From Octopus sinensis (Eukaryota): DNA of 64,000 nt. Where the stretch lies: assembly GCF_006345805.1 (NCBI RefSeq), contig NC_043015.1, positions 52,080,001-52,144,000 on the forward strand. The letters are read 5' to 3'. Under the pieces are notes generated by a model. It saw nothing but the letters and a program-made list of their open reading frames with translations, ran no database searches and was not told the origin of the DNA. Shown one piece after another: positions 38,818 to 53,302 of this stretch (position 1 is its first letter; every line of letters starts with the position of its first letter). The translations under genes and the position numbers were made by a program.

Positions 38818-39172
38818 CAGTACACCGTTCAAGCGGTTCCATTTAATTGAATAATGCAATCATTACATCAATTTAATGCAGTGCTATCTCAGATGACAAA
38901 ATGCGGAATTTTTAAACAAGTAAGACACATTAATATAATTTCTCTTAAATATCTTAACAGAGTAAGAGGATGGAAGAAATTCATGTTGTTGCTATTGTAG
39001 TGATAACATACGTTGCTAAGAATAGACTACCGTTTCTTAGAATCGCCTGGAGCATAGTGGGGTCGTAGGGTTCTAAGGGTTGAAATTCATTTCTAATTTA
39101 TTTACCTCTTTATCATCTATTAAATCTGAGACATTGTTCAATTAAATGGAGCCGCTTGAAACGGTAGTACTG
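38818..39172. mobile_element. MITE (about 355 bp) with about 40-bp TIRs, probably Tc1/mariner or pogo superfamily
   Basis: cagtacaccgttcaagcggttccatttaattgaataatg versus the reverse complement of acattgttcaattaaatggagccgcttgaaacggtagtactg; TA follows the right end; no coding capacity. Confidence 0.8.
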
Positions 39173-39313
39173 TATTACTACTTGATATCCTACTGATAAT
39201 TTTGATTTTATTCATTTTACTTCGAGCAGTACGGATAATACCGTACTGACTTGATGCTTCAACTTAATTACCTAATTCAACTAAATCTCAATTATTACTT
39301 ATTATATACTATA

Positions 39314-39368
<55 letters not shown>

Positions 39369-39423
39369 GGATTCTGAATCTCCTCAGTTCACCTATTTTC
39401 CCACAGATCTTCTATTCATCAAG

Positions 39424-39479
39424 CATGGCGGACAGAATTTAGCTGTTTCGCCACCTCGCGTGTTTGGTCAGCGATGATG
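39424..39479 (-). ncRNA. Degenerate full type I hammerhead-like motif
   Basis: Minus strand catcatcg-CUGACCA-aacac-gcgag-gtggc-GAAACAG-ctaaatt-CUGUC-cgccatg; stem III is a perfect 4 bp ending in GUC; G8 is replaced by C. Confidence 0.4.
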
Positions 39480-39699
39480 AGACCATGTGACAAGTTCTAC
39501 GGGGTTACATAAATACACATACACACACACGCACACACACGTACACACACAAACACACACACACACACACACAACACGCGCACACACGCTCACATTCACA
39601 CATAGAACGTGACAGAAATAAATAAACACCCTTACAATCATTAAGTTTTATTTAAATCTGAAATTATACGTTCAAATTATTTTCATTAAGTATTATACT

Positions 39700-40625
39700 G
39701 TGAATATCTAATACAGTTTTTAATGCAAGGATCCTATAAGGTATGTCTAATATTCTCTTGGTGTAGTTCTTGCCAAATTTCATCCAGTAATCTCAGAAAA
39801 TCTGGCTTTGAGGATGATTTCTTATTCTTTTTACGAAGTACCCTGTCCATTATCTCTCAGAAGTGTTTCATAGGGTTCATATCTGGTGACTGGATTGGCC
39901 ATGGAACTTTCTTAATGCCATTCTCTTTTTAGCCTCGTGACATGGAGCCCCTTCCTCCAGAAATAGTTTTCTTTAATCATTTCACCATTGGAGAAGATTG
40001 GAAGGAATACTTTCTGCAATATGGCCACATATTTATCTGAGTTTATGCTTCCTTCACATTCCATCATCTCCGATTAACCATTACTCCAAATTGCTCCCCA
40101 GGTCATCACAGTATAGTTGCCGTATTTCATTGCTGGCAGCAATCTGTTCATGTCAAACTTTTGATCACAGAGTCCTCAGACCCACATTCGACCACGGTAA
40201 GAAAATACAGGAAATCTGGAGTCATCAGAGAATATGATAATGTCCCAAAAGGCAAACGGCTACTCCATCATCTCACTGGCCCAATCTTTTCTCCACTTGA
40301 TATTGGCTGTTTGAAGAAGTGGTTTCCCTGTTGCTGTTCTGTCATAGTAACCAAGTTTGTGGAGATACCTGACAGCTGTTCTGGAATAACATCAACTTGT
40401 CCTGCTATGTCAAAGGCCTTGCAATGAGGATTATCATCCACACTTCACTTCCACTCAGAGGGCCCTGGTCGACCTCGGCAAGATGATATGGACACTTTCC
40501 CTTCTCTGGTGAATTGCGCAATCACCATATTAACTATAGAAAGCAGGATCGCAAGGTTTACTGCGATTTTACGCTAAATCCACATTGAGAGTGACCCACA
40601 ATAAGGCCTCTTTAAATTTCGATAG
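39700..40625 (-). pseudogene. Tc1-family transposase pseudogene
   Basis: Translation VIAQFTREGKVSISSCRGRP..WDIIIFSDDSRF..MKYGNYTVMTWGAI..VPWPIQSPDMNPMKHF*EIMDR; multiple stops and frameshifts; TIRs not found. Confidence 0.8.
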
Positions 40626-41100
40626 TTTCAAGGCTTCTTTTTATAAGTGGCATGTTTAAACAGTCACATATAGATAGAATCTGAACCATAAAAATGTCAA
40701 TTAATAAAAAATATAAACAATTTCAAGTTAAAATAAACATAAAACAATGTTTTATGGGATATCTATTTACTCCTGTCATATTTGTGTATATACATATAAA
40801 TGCATGTATATATACATGTGCGTGTTATGGTATGTATATGTGTGTTTGTGTTTATATGTGTGTGTGTATGTGTATATGTATGTACGTATGCATGCATGTA
40901 TGTATGTATCTATGTATGCGCGTGTGAGTGTGTATAACTATACAAAAATACTATTTAATCCTCAATAAAAATATCCAAATGATAATCATGAGCAATTTCT
41001 GAAAACAGAAGTTGAAACTGGAATTAGAATCCTACGGTAAAAGACACACACACAAACATTCCACCTATATATATATATATATGTTATATATATATGTCAT

Positions 41101-41132
<32 letters not shown>

Positions 41133-41276
41133 GGATATATATACACATATATGTATATATCGATATATGTATTCATATGTGTATATATATATCTATATAT
41201 ATAGACAGATATAGAGATATGGATATGTATATACATATATATGTATGTACATATGTATACACACACACACACATAT

Positions 41277-41669
41277 ACTCTTTACTCTTTTACTTGTTTC
41301 AGCCATTTGACTGTGGCCATGCTGGAGCACCGCCTTTAGTCGAGCAAATCGACCCCGGGACTTATTCTTTGTAAGCCCAGTACTTATTCTATCGGTCTCT
41401 TTTGCCGAACCGTTAAGTGACGGGGACGTAAACACACCAGCATAGGTTGTCAAGTAATGCTAGGGGAACAAACACACACACATACATATATATACATATA
41501 CATATATACGACGGGCTTCTTTCAGTTTCCGTCTACCAAATCCACTCACAAGGCACTGGTCGGCCCGGGCTATAGCAGAAGACACTTGCCCAAGATGCCA
41601 CGCAGTGGGACTGAACCCGGAACCATGTGGTTGGTTAGCAAGCTACTTCCACACAGCCACTCCTGCGCC

Positions 41670-41670
<1 letters not shown>
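41277..41670 (-). mobile_element. Full-length SINE family A (resembles the octopus OK SINE)
   Basis: Minus strand aggcgcaggagtggctgtgtgg..ggttccgggttcagtccc (A/B-box region), CORE-like cttgggcaagtgtctt, internal (TA)/(TG) tract, tail ggcggtgctccagcatggcc..gtaaaagagtaaa. Confidence 0.92.
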
Positions 41671-41705
<35 letters not shown>

Positions 41706-42850
41706 TATTATATGGTGTGGGAGTTGTGTGCATGTCTAATCGCTGTGATTACGTTTAAGAACTTTAATTATTTTCTAAATTATATTTGGGTTTCAGGTTC
41801 CGTATTGGATTTCGGTTTTCCAAGATTTCCTGATTGAATTTCAAAGATAGTGCTCGATAAGGATTCCTATACTAATGAATCTATCTTAGAATGCGTGTCT
41901 TTAAAAATCTTGTGTAGACGAATACGTATACTTTCGCCTCAAACTCATTCACTGACACACACACACACACAAACACACACGCACATAATATGCGTATGTA
42001 TATGTGTGTGTGCATGTGTGTGTGTGCGTATATATACATATAAGGTTAGTAGAGTTAGAGGTTAAAATAACCTGCTTAAGGATAGAAGCATCCATTACAC
42101 TAAGTAAATTGTTGTTCATTGATATTTCTTCACTTTCTGTCTTCTTTATATATATACACATAGAGGTAGATAGACAGACAGGCAAATAGATAGATAGAGA
42201 GAGAGAGACAGAGAGATAGAATAACAGGCAGATAGACATACAGATAGTTAGATATATAGGTAGATAGATAGATAGACAGAGCAAATCATATGGAACGGGC
42301 CAAACGCCTACAAAGCAACATGAGAGAATTCATTGAAAGTCAAGTTACAATACATATAATATGAAGACTTCTGCTGCTTCCCTCGGTTTTAAGAAAAGAA
42401 TTCTTCTCGTCATTCTATTCCTTGGATTCTTACAGTTCATTTACTTCTATTTGTGACATTAGTCCATTACAATACTTGACTACAAATATTACTTTTGTCG
42501 CTGGTGAACGAAGCAGAAAACGGTGGTCAAGGTAAGAACCTAAGTAGGTTTTAACGAGGCTAAAGGAAATAAATTCAGCATCTCGTTGATGCGTATTCTA
42601 GATACACATAAATATGGATTCCATTTTTATTGAATAGGCCTCTACAGAGATGATGGGCTGGCAGTGTCCGCTTCATTACAAAGAACAAATTATAACGAAA
42701 TTCATGAAAACAATCAACTGTATGAATACGCGATCGCATTAAACTTAGCTACATGTAACAACAGACTCTCTTCTCAGCAGTTATACTTTCACCACTTCCA
42801 ACAGCAGCCAAATACTTATCGTGACAGAGACGTTTCTCTTACCATATACT

Positions 42851-43075
42851 TACGAGGGTTTGCAGAAACGTTTCTCGATTTAAGAGTATCGTGAAAGGCC
42901 TGGTTGGAGGCTCAACCTTCTGAGATTTTTTACAGGGCTTAGAAAAGACGGAAAGACCGTTGCAATAAATTTGTGAATCTGAAAGGGGAATATATTAAAC
43001 AAAATGTTGATTAACTGTTTGCCCTGTATTTTCTTTAACCCAAAGCCAGAAACATCCCAGTACCGCTTCCTGTAT
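42851..43075 (+). mobile_element. Short mariner deletion derivative
   Basis: Starts tacgaggg; remnant VKAWLEAQPSEIF..DRCNKFVNLKGEY resembles the mariner transposase C-terminus; degenerate right TIR ending cttcctgta. Confidence 0.6.
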
Positions 43076-43329
43076 ATATATATATTCATACACGGAGAGA
43101 AATACACTTAATTTAGGAAAATATAAGCACCACAGCTTCACGTCTTCGAAAATTTTAAAAACTTTGAAGAGAAACACGTAACACAATAACAATAATAAAA
43201 AGATGGGCTCTTCGTTCACATTATAACGATAATATTAAAATTATTTTCTTTCCCCACACCATTCAAATAAAATTTACCTTTTCAAAAAAGTTATATAAGT
43301 AAATTTTTTGTTCAACTTATATATTTTGT

Positions 43330-43393
43330 AACTACATACATATATATATATATATATGTATATATGTATATATGTGTATATGTGTTATATATA

Positions 43394-43439
<46 letters not shown>

Positions 43440-43689
43440 GAGTGTCTGTATGTGTATAAGTATATATATATATTACATGCATACTTATGTATGAACCAAT
43501 ATGAACATAAATGTATCAAGTTATTAAATGAGATATATTCACTAAAAACGGAGTAGTCTGGCAAAATTCTAAATACATTGTACCATATATCTGTTTGTTT
43601 GAATAAACACACACGCGCGCACATATATGTTTCTATATATGTATATATATATGTTCACATATATAACCAAATATATATACACATCTGTA

Positions 43690-43739
<50 letters not shown>

Positions 43740-44155
43740 CATACATATATACATACATACATATATATATATATACACACACACACACATATATATACAT
43801 ATATTTATTAATATATACAGTCATTACTTATATATTTATATATGTAACATTATATTCAAATATCTTACAATGAGTTATACAAACATTACCATTATTTACC
43901 TGACATAAGGTTTCAAATTCTTCAAATAACTGTAACTTTTGAGTGGACACAAACTTCCCTTCTTTACGTTACCATAGTAACAATTGTTATGAATTTGCTT
44001 AAAGTATATACAAGTAGAATTTTGATAAAAAAAATATATGTATGAAAAATATATAAAATAAATAAAATGTAATAATTTTGAAAATAATACAATAAAATAA
44101 AATAAATGGTAATATATGTTCATTTGTTTGAGCATTATTAATATATATATACACC

Positions 44156-44186
<31 letters not shown>

Positions 44187-44269
44187 CTATACATATACAT
44201 ATACATATACATATATATATATATATCTTATATGCGTCTGTCAATTTATGTATTTATATATATATGCAG

Positions 44270-44309
<40 letters not shown>

Positions 44310-45103
44310 ATGTATACATATATATATATATATGTGTGTGAGTGTGTGTGTGTGTGTGTGTGTGTTATATAATTATATATATATTATATATATAATATAT
44401 ATATGTATATTTGTATATGTTATTGTGTATATGAATAGGGTTATTTTTTCTGTGCGGTAGTGTTGGTGGTGGTGTGGTGGGGGGCAGGATAGATAGTATT
44501 AGAAAATATTCAACTTCAAAGAGAAATTATATTTCAATCCATACTTAATATTTCAATAGTCCTTGTATTTTATATCGAATTAAATACAACCGATATATGG
44601 TTTTGCCTAATCTTGGCCTACGCCACACATACGTAGAAACAGACATACAAGCAACGCGCACATTGACAAAGACGAGGATAGACAGATGCAAACAAGCACA
44701 CGCGCGCACACTTACAGTTATATATGAGCAGTAAGGAGCGCTAACTGATGTACGTAATGTAAGTACATAAGTGTATATACGCAGACATATGTAGACGATA
44801 GAGCCAAGCACAATTTAATATACGTAAATATATGTGAAAAATATATTTAAAACACACTCAGAAGAATCAACACAATATATGTATCCTCTGTGTGTGTGTG
44901 TATTTTATATATATTTATATATATATATGTATGTATGTATGTATATATGTATACGTCTCTCACACTCTCTCTCTTTCTCTCTCCCTCTACAGTATGTATA
45001 CATGTACACAGCACACAGTTAAATACATACATATACACACACACATATATATATAAATATATATACGTACATATATATATACATCTTATATACATATATA
45101 TAC

Positions 45104-45134
<31 letters not shown>

Positions 45135-45136
45135 CA

Positions 45137-45221
<85 letters not shown>

Positions 45222-45492
45222 TATAATATATTGTATGAAGCAGGGTCCAAATTTGCTTGTATCCTCTATGTAATCATTTCATTTACACATATATATATAC
45301 ATATATACATACATACATTATATGTGTGTGGTGTATATATATATTTACAAATATACGTGCGTGTGGATGAGGCTGTAACCTATTATTGCGAAAATTACTT
45401 GATAGTTTTGTATTTATATTCCTACACCCTTCTGTTCCAAATGTGCATTTTTCTCTACCAACATTTTTGCAGAAAGAAGAAAACACACACCA

Positions 45493-45567
<75 letters not shown>

Positions 45568-45910
45568 CCATGCATACATATATATACACAAACACACAGG
45601 CATACACACCGATACATATTCACCTATAGACACATGGATGTGAGTGGGTATGTTACGTGTGTATGTATTTGTGGGTGTGTGTTTCGTTCTTTAGTTAACT
45701 ATGCCTCTATGTATAGATTGGGCTATGTGTACTGCGTGTTTGTATATATAACAAAATAGACACAGAACATAATTTAAATCATACATATATGTACACTGGA
45801 TGTCTGTTGAAATTCACATTTATGGCGTATTACGATATTTATTCAGATGCGTTGAATTACCTCTAAACCCACATATATAAATATATACAATAATATATAC
45901 ATAGTATATC

Positions 45911-45952
<42 letters not shown>

Positions 45953-45987
45953 ATATGAATGTACACATGTATGAATACATGTATATA

Positions 45988-46062
<75 letters not shown>

Positions 46063-46065
46063 GCA
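43330..46065. repeat. Cluster of (TA)n/(TG)n/(CA)n microsatellites with AT-rich spacers
   Basis: Direct reading. Confidence 0.85.
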
Positions 46066-46439
46066 TGTTCAAAGGCATTGTATTGAGCAACACTCCCACA
46101 TACGCTCGGGCGTGTAAGCACATGCTCATATGAGATAAATTTGCATATCATAGACTTCATGCTATAATGTTGCTATACTAGATACCGGAATGTATATTTT
46201 GTTTTAATCTAATATATATTAAGTCTTTAAAGCAAAACTTAATGTATTATTAATACAAAGTTAGAAAACCAATGAGATATTTTGTAATAATGCTATACTT
46301 TTGACTAGAAATATGTAATGTGTGTATGTATGTATGTATGTATGTATGCATTATGTAGTTATATACATAGAGACAAAAATATGAGCATATGTGCATGCGT
46401 GAGTATGTGTGACTGAGTTTGTATGTGTGAGAGTGCGTG

Positions 46440-46810
<371 letters not shown>

Positions 46811-46974
46811 GATAGCTTATGTTAAACATAATGGTGTCTTGAATCTCTATATGAACCTATCAATGTTTCGAGAGCCATCTCGAAGAGGACTGGTTTGGGA
46901 GTCTTTCATCGCAAAATCCGGAAACGTGGTCTGTGTTCAACGAATACTTTCCTGCATGAATATATAATAGGATA

Positions 46975-47048
<74 letters not shown>

Positions 47049-47553
47049 TATATATATATATAATATAAAATATATATATATAAGTATGTATATTTATATA
47101 TATAGATATATATATATATAATTATATATATATATAACAAAATAATAACTAAAATATATGCATATATGCATACATATATATACGTACCTACATCTATATG
47201 TATATATATATGCATACATGGGTACAGGACACAAAAAATTGTCGAACACAATGAGAAACTAAAACATAAACACAAAACCAAGGAAATGGACATTTTTCTT
47301 AAACAACGAAAAAATAGAGTAGAAGACATACAGCACAAGGTACATTCCCCTTCTTCAGCCGCCTATCATCTACTCCGCGTTTTCGAAGGTAAAGGTGAGA
47401 CACGACTTCGTTGAAACAATCCTTCCTGCAAAAGCAAATTAAATAAAATTTAAGATTTTTTTGCGGAGGGGTAAAAATGGTAACAAAAAGCAGGACAGGA
47501 AAAACAATACAAAATAAAAACAGTAAAAGGCATGACAAGGAGAATAACATACT

Positions 47554-47820
47554 GTCGACCTTTGCGAATTTTAACTCAGAACGTAAAGACAGGCGAAATA
47601 CCTATTTCTTTACTACCCACTGAGAGGACAGACAAGGACAGATAAACGGATTAAGTCGTATATATCGACCCCAGTGCGTAAGTGGTACTTAATTTATCGA
47701 CCCCGAAAGGATGAAAGGCAAAGTCGACCTCGGCGGAATTTGAACTCAGAACGTAGCGGCAGACGAAATACGGCTACGCATTTCGCCCGGCGTGCTAACG
47801 TTTCTGCCAGCTCGCCGCCT
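47554..47820 (-). mobile_element. SINE family B, dimeric form
   Basis: Intact head aggcggcgagctggcagaaacgttagcacgccgggcg, core ttcatcctttcggggtcgataaattaagtacc, long tail, start of second unit. Confidence 0.9.
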
Positions 47821-48064
47821 AAAATATTTTTTATCGACCACGGAAGTATGAAAGTCAGATTGTGGCCGTCGTCAAATTAGACACGAGACTACAAAGAGCC
47901 GCGAGTGAATACCTAAAAATAACCTCGCCGCTGCTATAGTGATTCACTCACTGCGAACCTTTCAAGCACTTACTATGGTCCACGAACAAACAAGATAGTT
48001 TTCAGTAGTCACTCTACTAGCTAGAATATCAGATGTCTCGGCATTCCAGGTGCCATCTTGAATA

Positions 48065-48259
48065 AAGGCCTGGCTGTGTAATAAGACGTTTGCTTTTAGA
48101 CCACAGGCTTCTGAGTTCAGATCCAGTCCTACTGTGTGGCACCTTAAGCAAGTGTCTTCAACGATAAGCTCGGACCGACCAAACCCTTTTCAGTGAATTT
48201 CCTTGACGGAAACTGAAAGAAGCCTGTCTCATATGTATGTGTTTGTGTGTATGTGTGTT

Positions 48260-48290
<31 letters not shown>

Positions 48291-48515
48291 TTAGGAGTGT
48301 GTATGTCTCTGTCGCTGTGTTTGTTCCACACTACCGCAAGACAACTGGTGTTGGTGTGTTTACTTTGCCGTAACCTTGTAGTGCGGCAAAAGGTGCCGTT
48401 GCAATAAGTACCAGCCTTAAAAAACATAAGTTCTGGAGGGATCAGTTCGTTCGACAAAAGACTTTTCAAGGCATGGCCGCAGAGCAATCACTGAAGCAAG
48501 TAAAAAACAAAAACA
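48065..48515 (+). mobile_element. SINE family A, degenerate
   Basis: ggctgtgtaataag..gtggcaccttaagcaagtgtctt..gacggaaactgaaagaagcc..gcatggccgcag. Confidence 0.8.
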
Positions 48516-49368
48516 AATAAGAAAAATAAGACAATATAATCCACTGAAAGATTTATTGTTGCCAGGAGGATCACGGTTGGAATGTCTTTCATCATAGAAT
48601 TTCCTCAATCAATGTTTGAGATTGGTTTGATCAGCAAAAACAGGACCAGTCTTAGGTTTTCCATGTTTCCCGACGCGATATATCTCTGGCGTTTATTTTT
48701 ATTCCGTGTACTCAGGACACAAGAATGACCGGATCTGATACCCGAAAGGGAGATTTAATTATCATTATTTAAAATATTCCAAAGCAACCCTCGGCTGATC
48801 GCCTTTGCTATTTCTGTCTCTATGTCTGACGGTCTTTCCGTCTGTCTCATGAATTCATATGACTATTAATTTGCGCTCGCACACGTATTTATATTTGTGT
48901 ATTTAGCTTCGTATTCATTATCTGTTTTGAAGCATCTCTCACAAGTATACATACATACATAAATACATACATACATACAAACATGAACAAACGCACACGC
49001 TTATGACTGTATGTGTGTGGACTGTAAGTGTGTGTGTGTGTGTGAGTATATATATTTATGTATATGTATGTATGTATGTTTGTATATTTTCTTATTATCT
49101 TTATTCATTTGTGTACATAAATAGTTATTTGAGTCTGTATGTATTTGCGTATATACGTATATACATATATGTATGTATATAAATATACATATATATATAT
49201 GTGTGTGTGTGTGTGTATGTATGTATATATATTTATACATACATATCTATATCTATATCTATTATATATATATATATATATATATAATATACTACATAGA
49301 ATATAGATATAGATATGTATGTATGTATAAATATATATACATACATACACACACCACACACACCAATA

Positions 49369-49421
<53 letters not shown>

Positions 49422-50507
49422 TAATATATATGCACACGCATACATGCTTACACAATATATTGCCATAGCCAAGGTAGATGATATCAATGCTGTTCCGTCT
49501 GGACATCCTCTACTCCGCCACACCACGCCCATCCACCCAGCCACCCAGCCACCACCCCCCCCTCAACAATGTCGTCATATTGATGAAGACAGTTCTGCTG
49601 ACTTTGAAGTATATTTGTCCATTTTGATTGCGTATCACATCGGTTGTGGACACTTGTGATTGCTGTTTGAGTTAGTTCGCCATTGCTTACACAAGAACAT
49701 GTGATTCCTGTAATCAATGGAGCCGATATTAAGGGAACGGAGACCCGTAGCCATTCTGTTCATTGTGTTTCATGTTGGTTGTATCAATGGATTTCACACA
49801 AGTGCTTATGAGAAACGTCAGCTCAAAAACAGCTTTCAACATTTCCTTATAATGTTTTGTGTAGGAATTCACGTATTTGCTTATTCACATACACATATAT
49901 AGGCATATACACACACAAAGGCACATACACACATTTATATATATATAGAGAGAGAGAGAAAGAGAGGGATAAATAGATAGTTAGATGGATAGATAGACGT
50001 AGATTTACATACATATAAACAAATATATGTCAATATATATAATTATGATTTATATATGTGCGTGTGTGTGTGTATATGTGTATTTTTGTATATATTACAC
50101 CATTTACATTCAACAGAACATACTTGTGCCCCTTCTTGTTTGTTCAATTAAGCTGAAATCAAGCTGACTGGTCCAGCGCATGTTCAAGTACCCTCCGTCA
50201 CCGATATATTTTTTGCTGTCATTTCTATGAGCCAGACGCTATTATTTCTCTTTTGTGTTTTCAGATATTTATGTAAGAATGTTGTTCATATCTAAAAGTG
50301 CAGCATGTAAACTGTCATTTCTGATATTACCACGTTTAGCAAATCTGAAATAACGAAAATATCTGGAAATGCCTGGGACATCCGAAGAAAGCTCTAAATA
50401 GGCGCAACATCTTCAAATGAAGATTTTGTGTATCCACATTACTGGATAAGCTTTCATTAAATTTCAACTATACGTTCTGAACGTTTGCAAAAACGAAACA
50501 GATAAAT

Positions 50508-50900
50508 AGGCGCAGGAGTGGCTCTGTGATAAGAATTTTGCTTCTCAAATACATGGCTCCGCGTTCAGTTCCTATACGTGGCACTTTGGAGAAGTGATAT
50601 GGCTGTTTCTTGACTAATTTTTCCGTTTTGTAAGGATAATTTACCTAATATCTCTGCTGTTCTAAGGACCCCTTTACGTTTGAAAATAAATTATCGTCTT
50701 ATTTGTATCTATAAATATGTTTGTATGTGTGCGTATCTTTGCGTTAGCCTTGACAACCGGCGTTGGTGTGTTTGCGTCCCCTAAAATAAGAACAACGCTT
50801 TAAGAATATTACTAGAGTTGATTCATTCGACTAAAATTCTTCAAGGCGGTGCCACGGCATGGGCACAGTCCAATGACTGAAACAGGTAGAATTAAAACAT
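50508..50900 (+). mobile_element. SINE family A fragments (head 50508-50600, tail 50730-50900)
   Basis: ggcgcaggagtggctctgtgataag..; cttgacaaccggcgttggtgtgtttgcgtcccc..aaggcggtgccacggcatgg..atgactgaaaca. Confidence 0.7.
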
Positions 50901-50971
50901 TAAAAAATGATAAAATTCCACATCGTAAAATAGCTTTTTCACTAAACTTGCAAAGTTTCCGCCTTCCGTCA

Positions 50972-51182
50972 TTTCTTTTCTACTCTAGGCACAAGGCCTG
51001 AAATTTTGGGAGGGGACTCAGTCGATTAGATCGACCTCAGTACAAGACTGGTACTAAATTTATCGATCGCGAGAGGATGAAAGGCAAAGTCGAACTCGAC
51101 AGAATTTGAACTCAGAACGTAAAGACAGGCGAAATACCGCTAAGCATTTCGCCCGGCGTACTAACGTTTCTGCCAGATAATA

Positions 51183-51228
<46 letters not shown>

Positions 51229-51443
51229 CTTTTCTACTCTAGGCAAAAGGCCCGAAATTTCTGCGGAGGGGCCTAGTTGATTAGATCATTCCCAGTACGC
51301 AACTGGGACTTAACCTATCGACTCCGAAATAATGAAAGAAAAAGTAGACCTCGGCGAAATTTGAACTCAGGACGTATAAAGACAGACGAAAGATCTCTAA
51401 GCATTCCGCCCGGCGTGCTACGTTTCTGCCAGCTCGTCGCCTC
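50972..51443 (-). mobile_element. Two family B SINEs separated by (TAA)n
   Basis: Each has tttctactctaggca.aagg..gaaat..aggatgaaaggcaaagtcga-like core..tttctgccag. Confidence 0.85.
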
Positions 51444-52090
51444 ATTCACCCTCCGTCATTTGTCAATCAAAATGCTACGATAAGATAGTCTATTGTTTGA
51501 TAAAGCCTCTACATTTGAGCAGAGTTTTTCATTAAACATCAAAATGCTGTAGAATGTACTGACCAAGTTTCTGCTGTATCAGGAATTTATTATCTATTCC
51601 TCTGATCTGGTTTCTTTGTCCTTATAACATCATCAAGGTCAGTGGCTTACCAGTTTTCAACTGACCACACATATTACGCTTAAATCTAGTGTTCTTTTAT
51701 GATTCTTCAATCCCTACCTCTATAAGGATTCGACGTTAACAACTAAAACACGCAACGGTGTTACTCATTGCAAAGAAAAGAAACCTGCCTCAGCTAATTA
51801 ATGTCCTATTCTTTCTACTTCTAAAACAGACGCCATTACGCAGCAATAATAACATGCCTAATGCTAGAAAGGTTTTGTGAACACAGACTTCGGAAAAACC
51901 TCCAAGGGTGAACATTATAATCTAGATTCCGTCGACAAACGTGGACGTATTTCCTTTAGATGTCACGTAAACAATAACAAATGCACAACACAACTAGGCT
52001 TGTAACACGTACATTGGAATCACTGAAAATAACTACAAATCTCCTAATTTAATAATGAGTATAATGTTTTTATATATACAGATATATAAA

Positions 52091-52195
<105 letters not shown>

Positions 52196-53256
52196 TATAG
52201 AATGTGTCCAGAATCACGCTGGACGCGGAGGAGGAAGAGAATATTAATTCAGTGAAGGAGACGTAGTGAGAGTAATAGGCCTGACTAGAGAGGAGTGAGA
52301 GAAAGTAATAGCAATGAGAGAAAGGAAGGGAGTGATAGCTGGATAAAGAAGGAAGGGGTAAAAACAAAATCAGCGTCTCAACTCTGTGTGTGTGTGCATG
52401 CACAAGGGAAGTATATGAATGTTTGTATGTGTGATTATTATGTATCTTATTCTGTACCTCATTTATATATAAAATACTACTATTAGCAGTCATTTTTGAC
52501 ATCACCTGGTCAGCTAGTAAATTGTAATTTCTCTCAAACTCTGAAGGTGAGCTCACATACAATAACCGATGCAGTATTTACAAATTATGAGAAAGATATT
52601 GGGTTACTACCCACATACGGGAGATTGCACAAGTGCTATACGCTAAGAATTGAAACCAAATACAAGCGAAGGTTGATGTAACAGCCGCGTTACATAACTT
52701 TGTCTTGCAGCTATCTTACAGGTCAGCGAGAAAGCTTCTCTGCGGTCGCTCGACGCGTTAATCGGGGGAGAGAATATTTCCCTCAAATCACACCATTATG
52801 AAAAACGGAATAGCATTTTTAACAAATAATCCTGAATACAACCAGACGGATTAGTCACAGATGGCCAATCGTTGGTCTTAGGTTTACTCAAATAAGGCTG
52901 ATTCAGGATCCACCTAAAAATCAAGGACAATAATCAACAACAACAACATAAAAGAAAAAACAATAACAAAAAAAAAAGACGCTCGAAAGACAGTAGCATC
53001 TTTTTTCAATCTCGGAACCTAGAAAGTACCACAGAACAATGCTTTGTGTTTACAAATCAGGATATGGTTTATTTAAGCCTTTATTCAGGATGCATCAAGA
53101 GAAATGTCAAACACATGATTGAGACTAGTCTTTGAAATACACACACACACACTCGAACATACACATACGCACACACACAAATACATATATATGAGTTGAT
53201 AAACAGATAGATATATACATGCATAAATAGAGATATGTATATATATGAATGTATGC

Positions 53257-53301
<45 letters not shown>

Positions 53302-53302
53302 C

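Noticed and set aside
39473-39510. Opposite-polarity hammerhead start (tgatga-gacc..ggtt) suggesting an ambisense viroid-like pair
   Set aside because: C3 is missing and no GAAA or stem III follows, so the evidence is insufficient
40395-40425. Reverse-transcriptase KAFD motif on the minus strand
   Set aside because: It lies within the Tc1 transposase relic and no other RT motifs are present; coincidental
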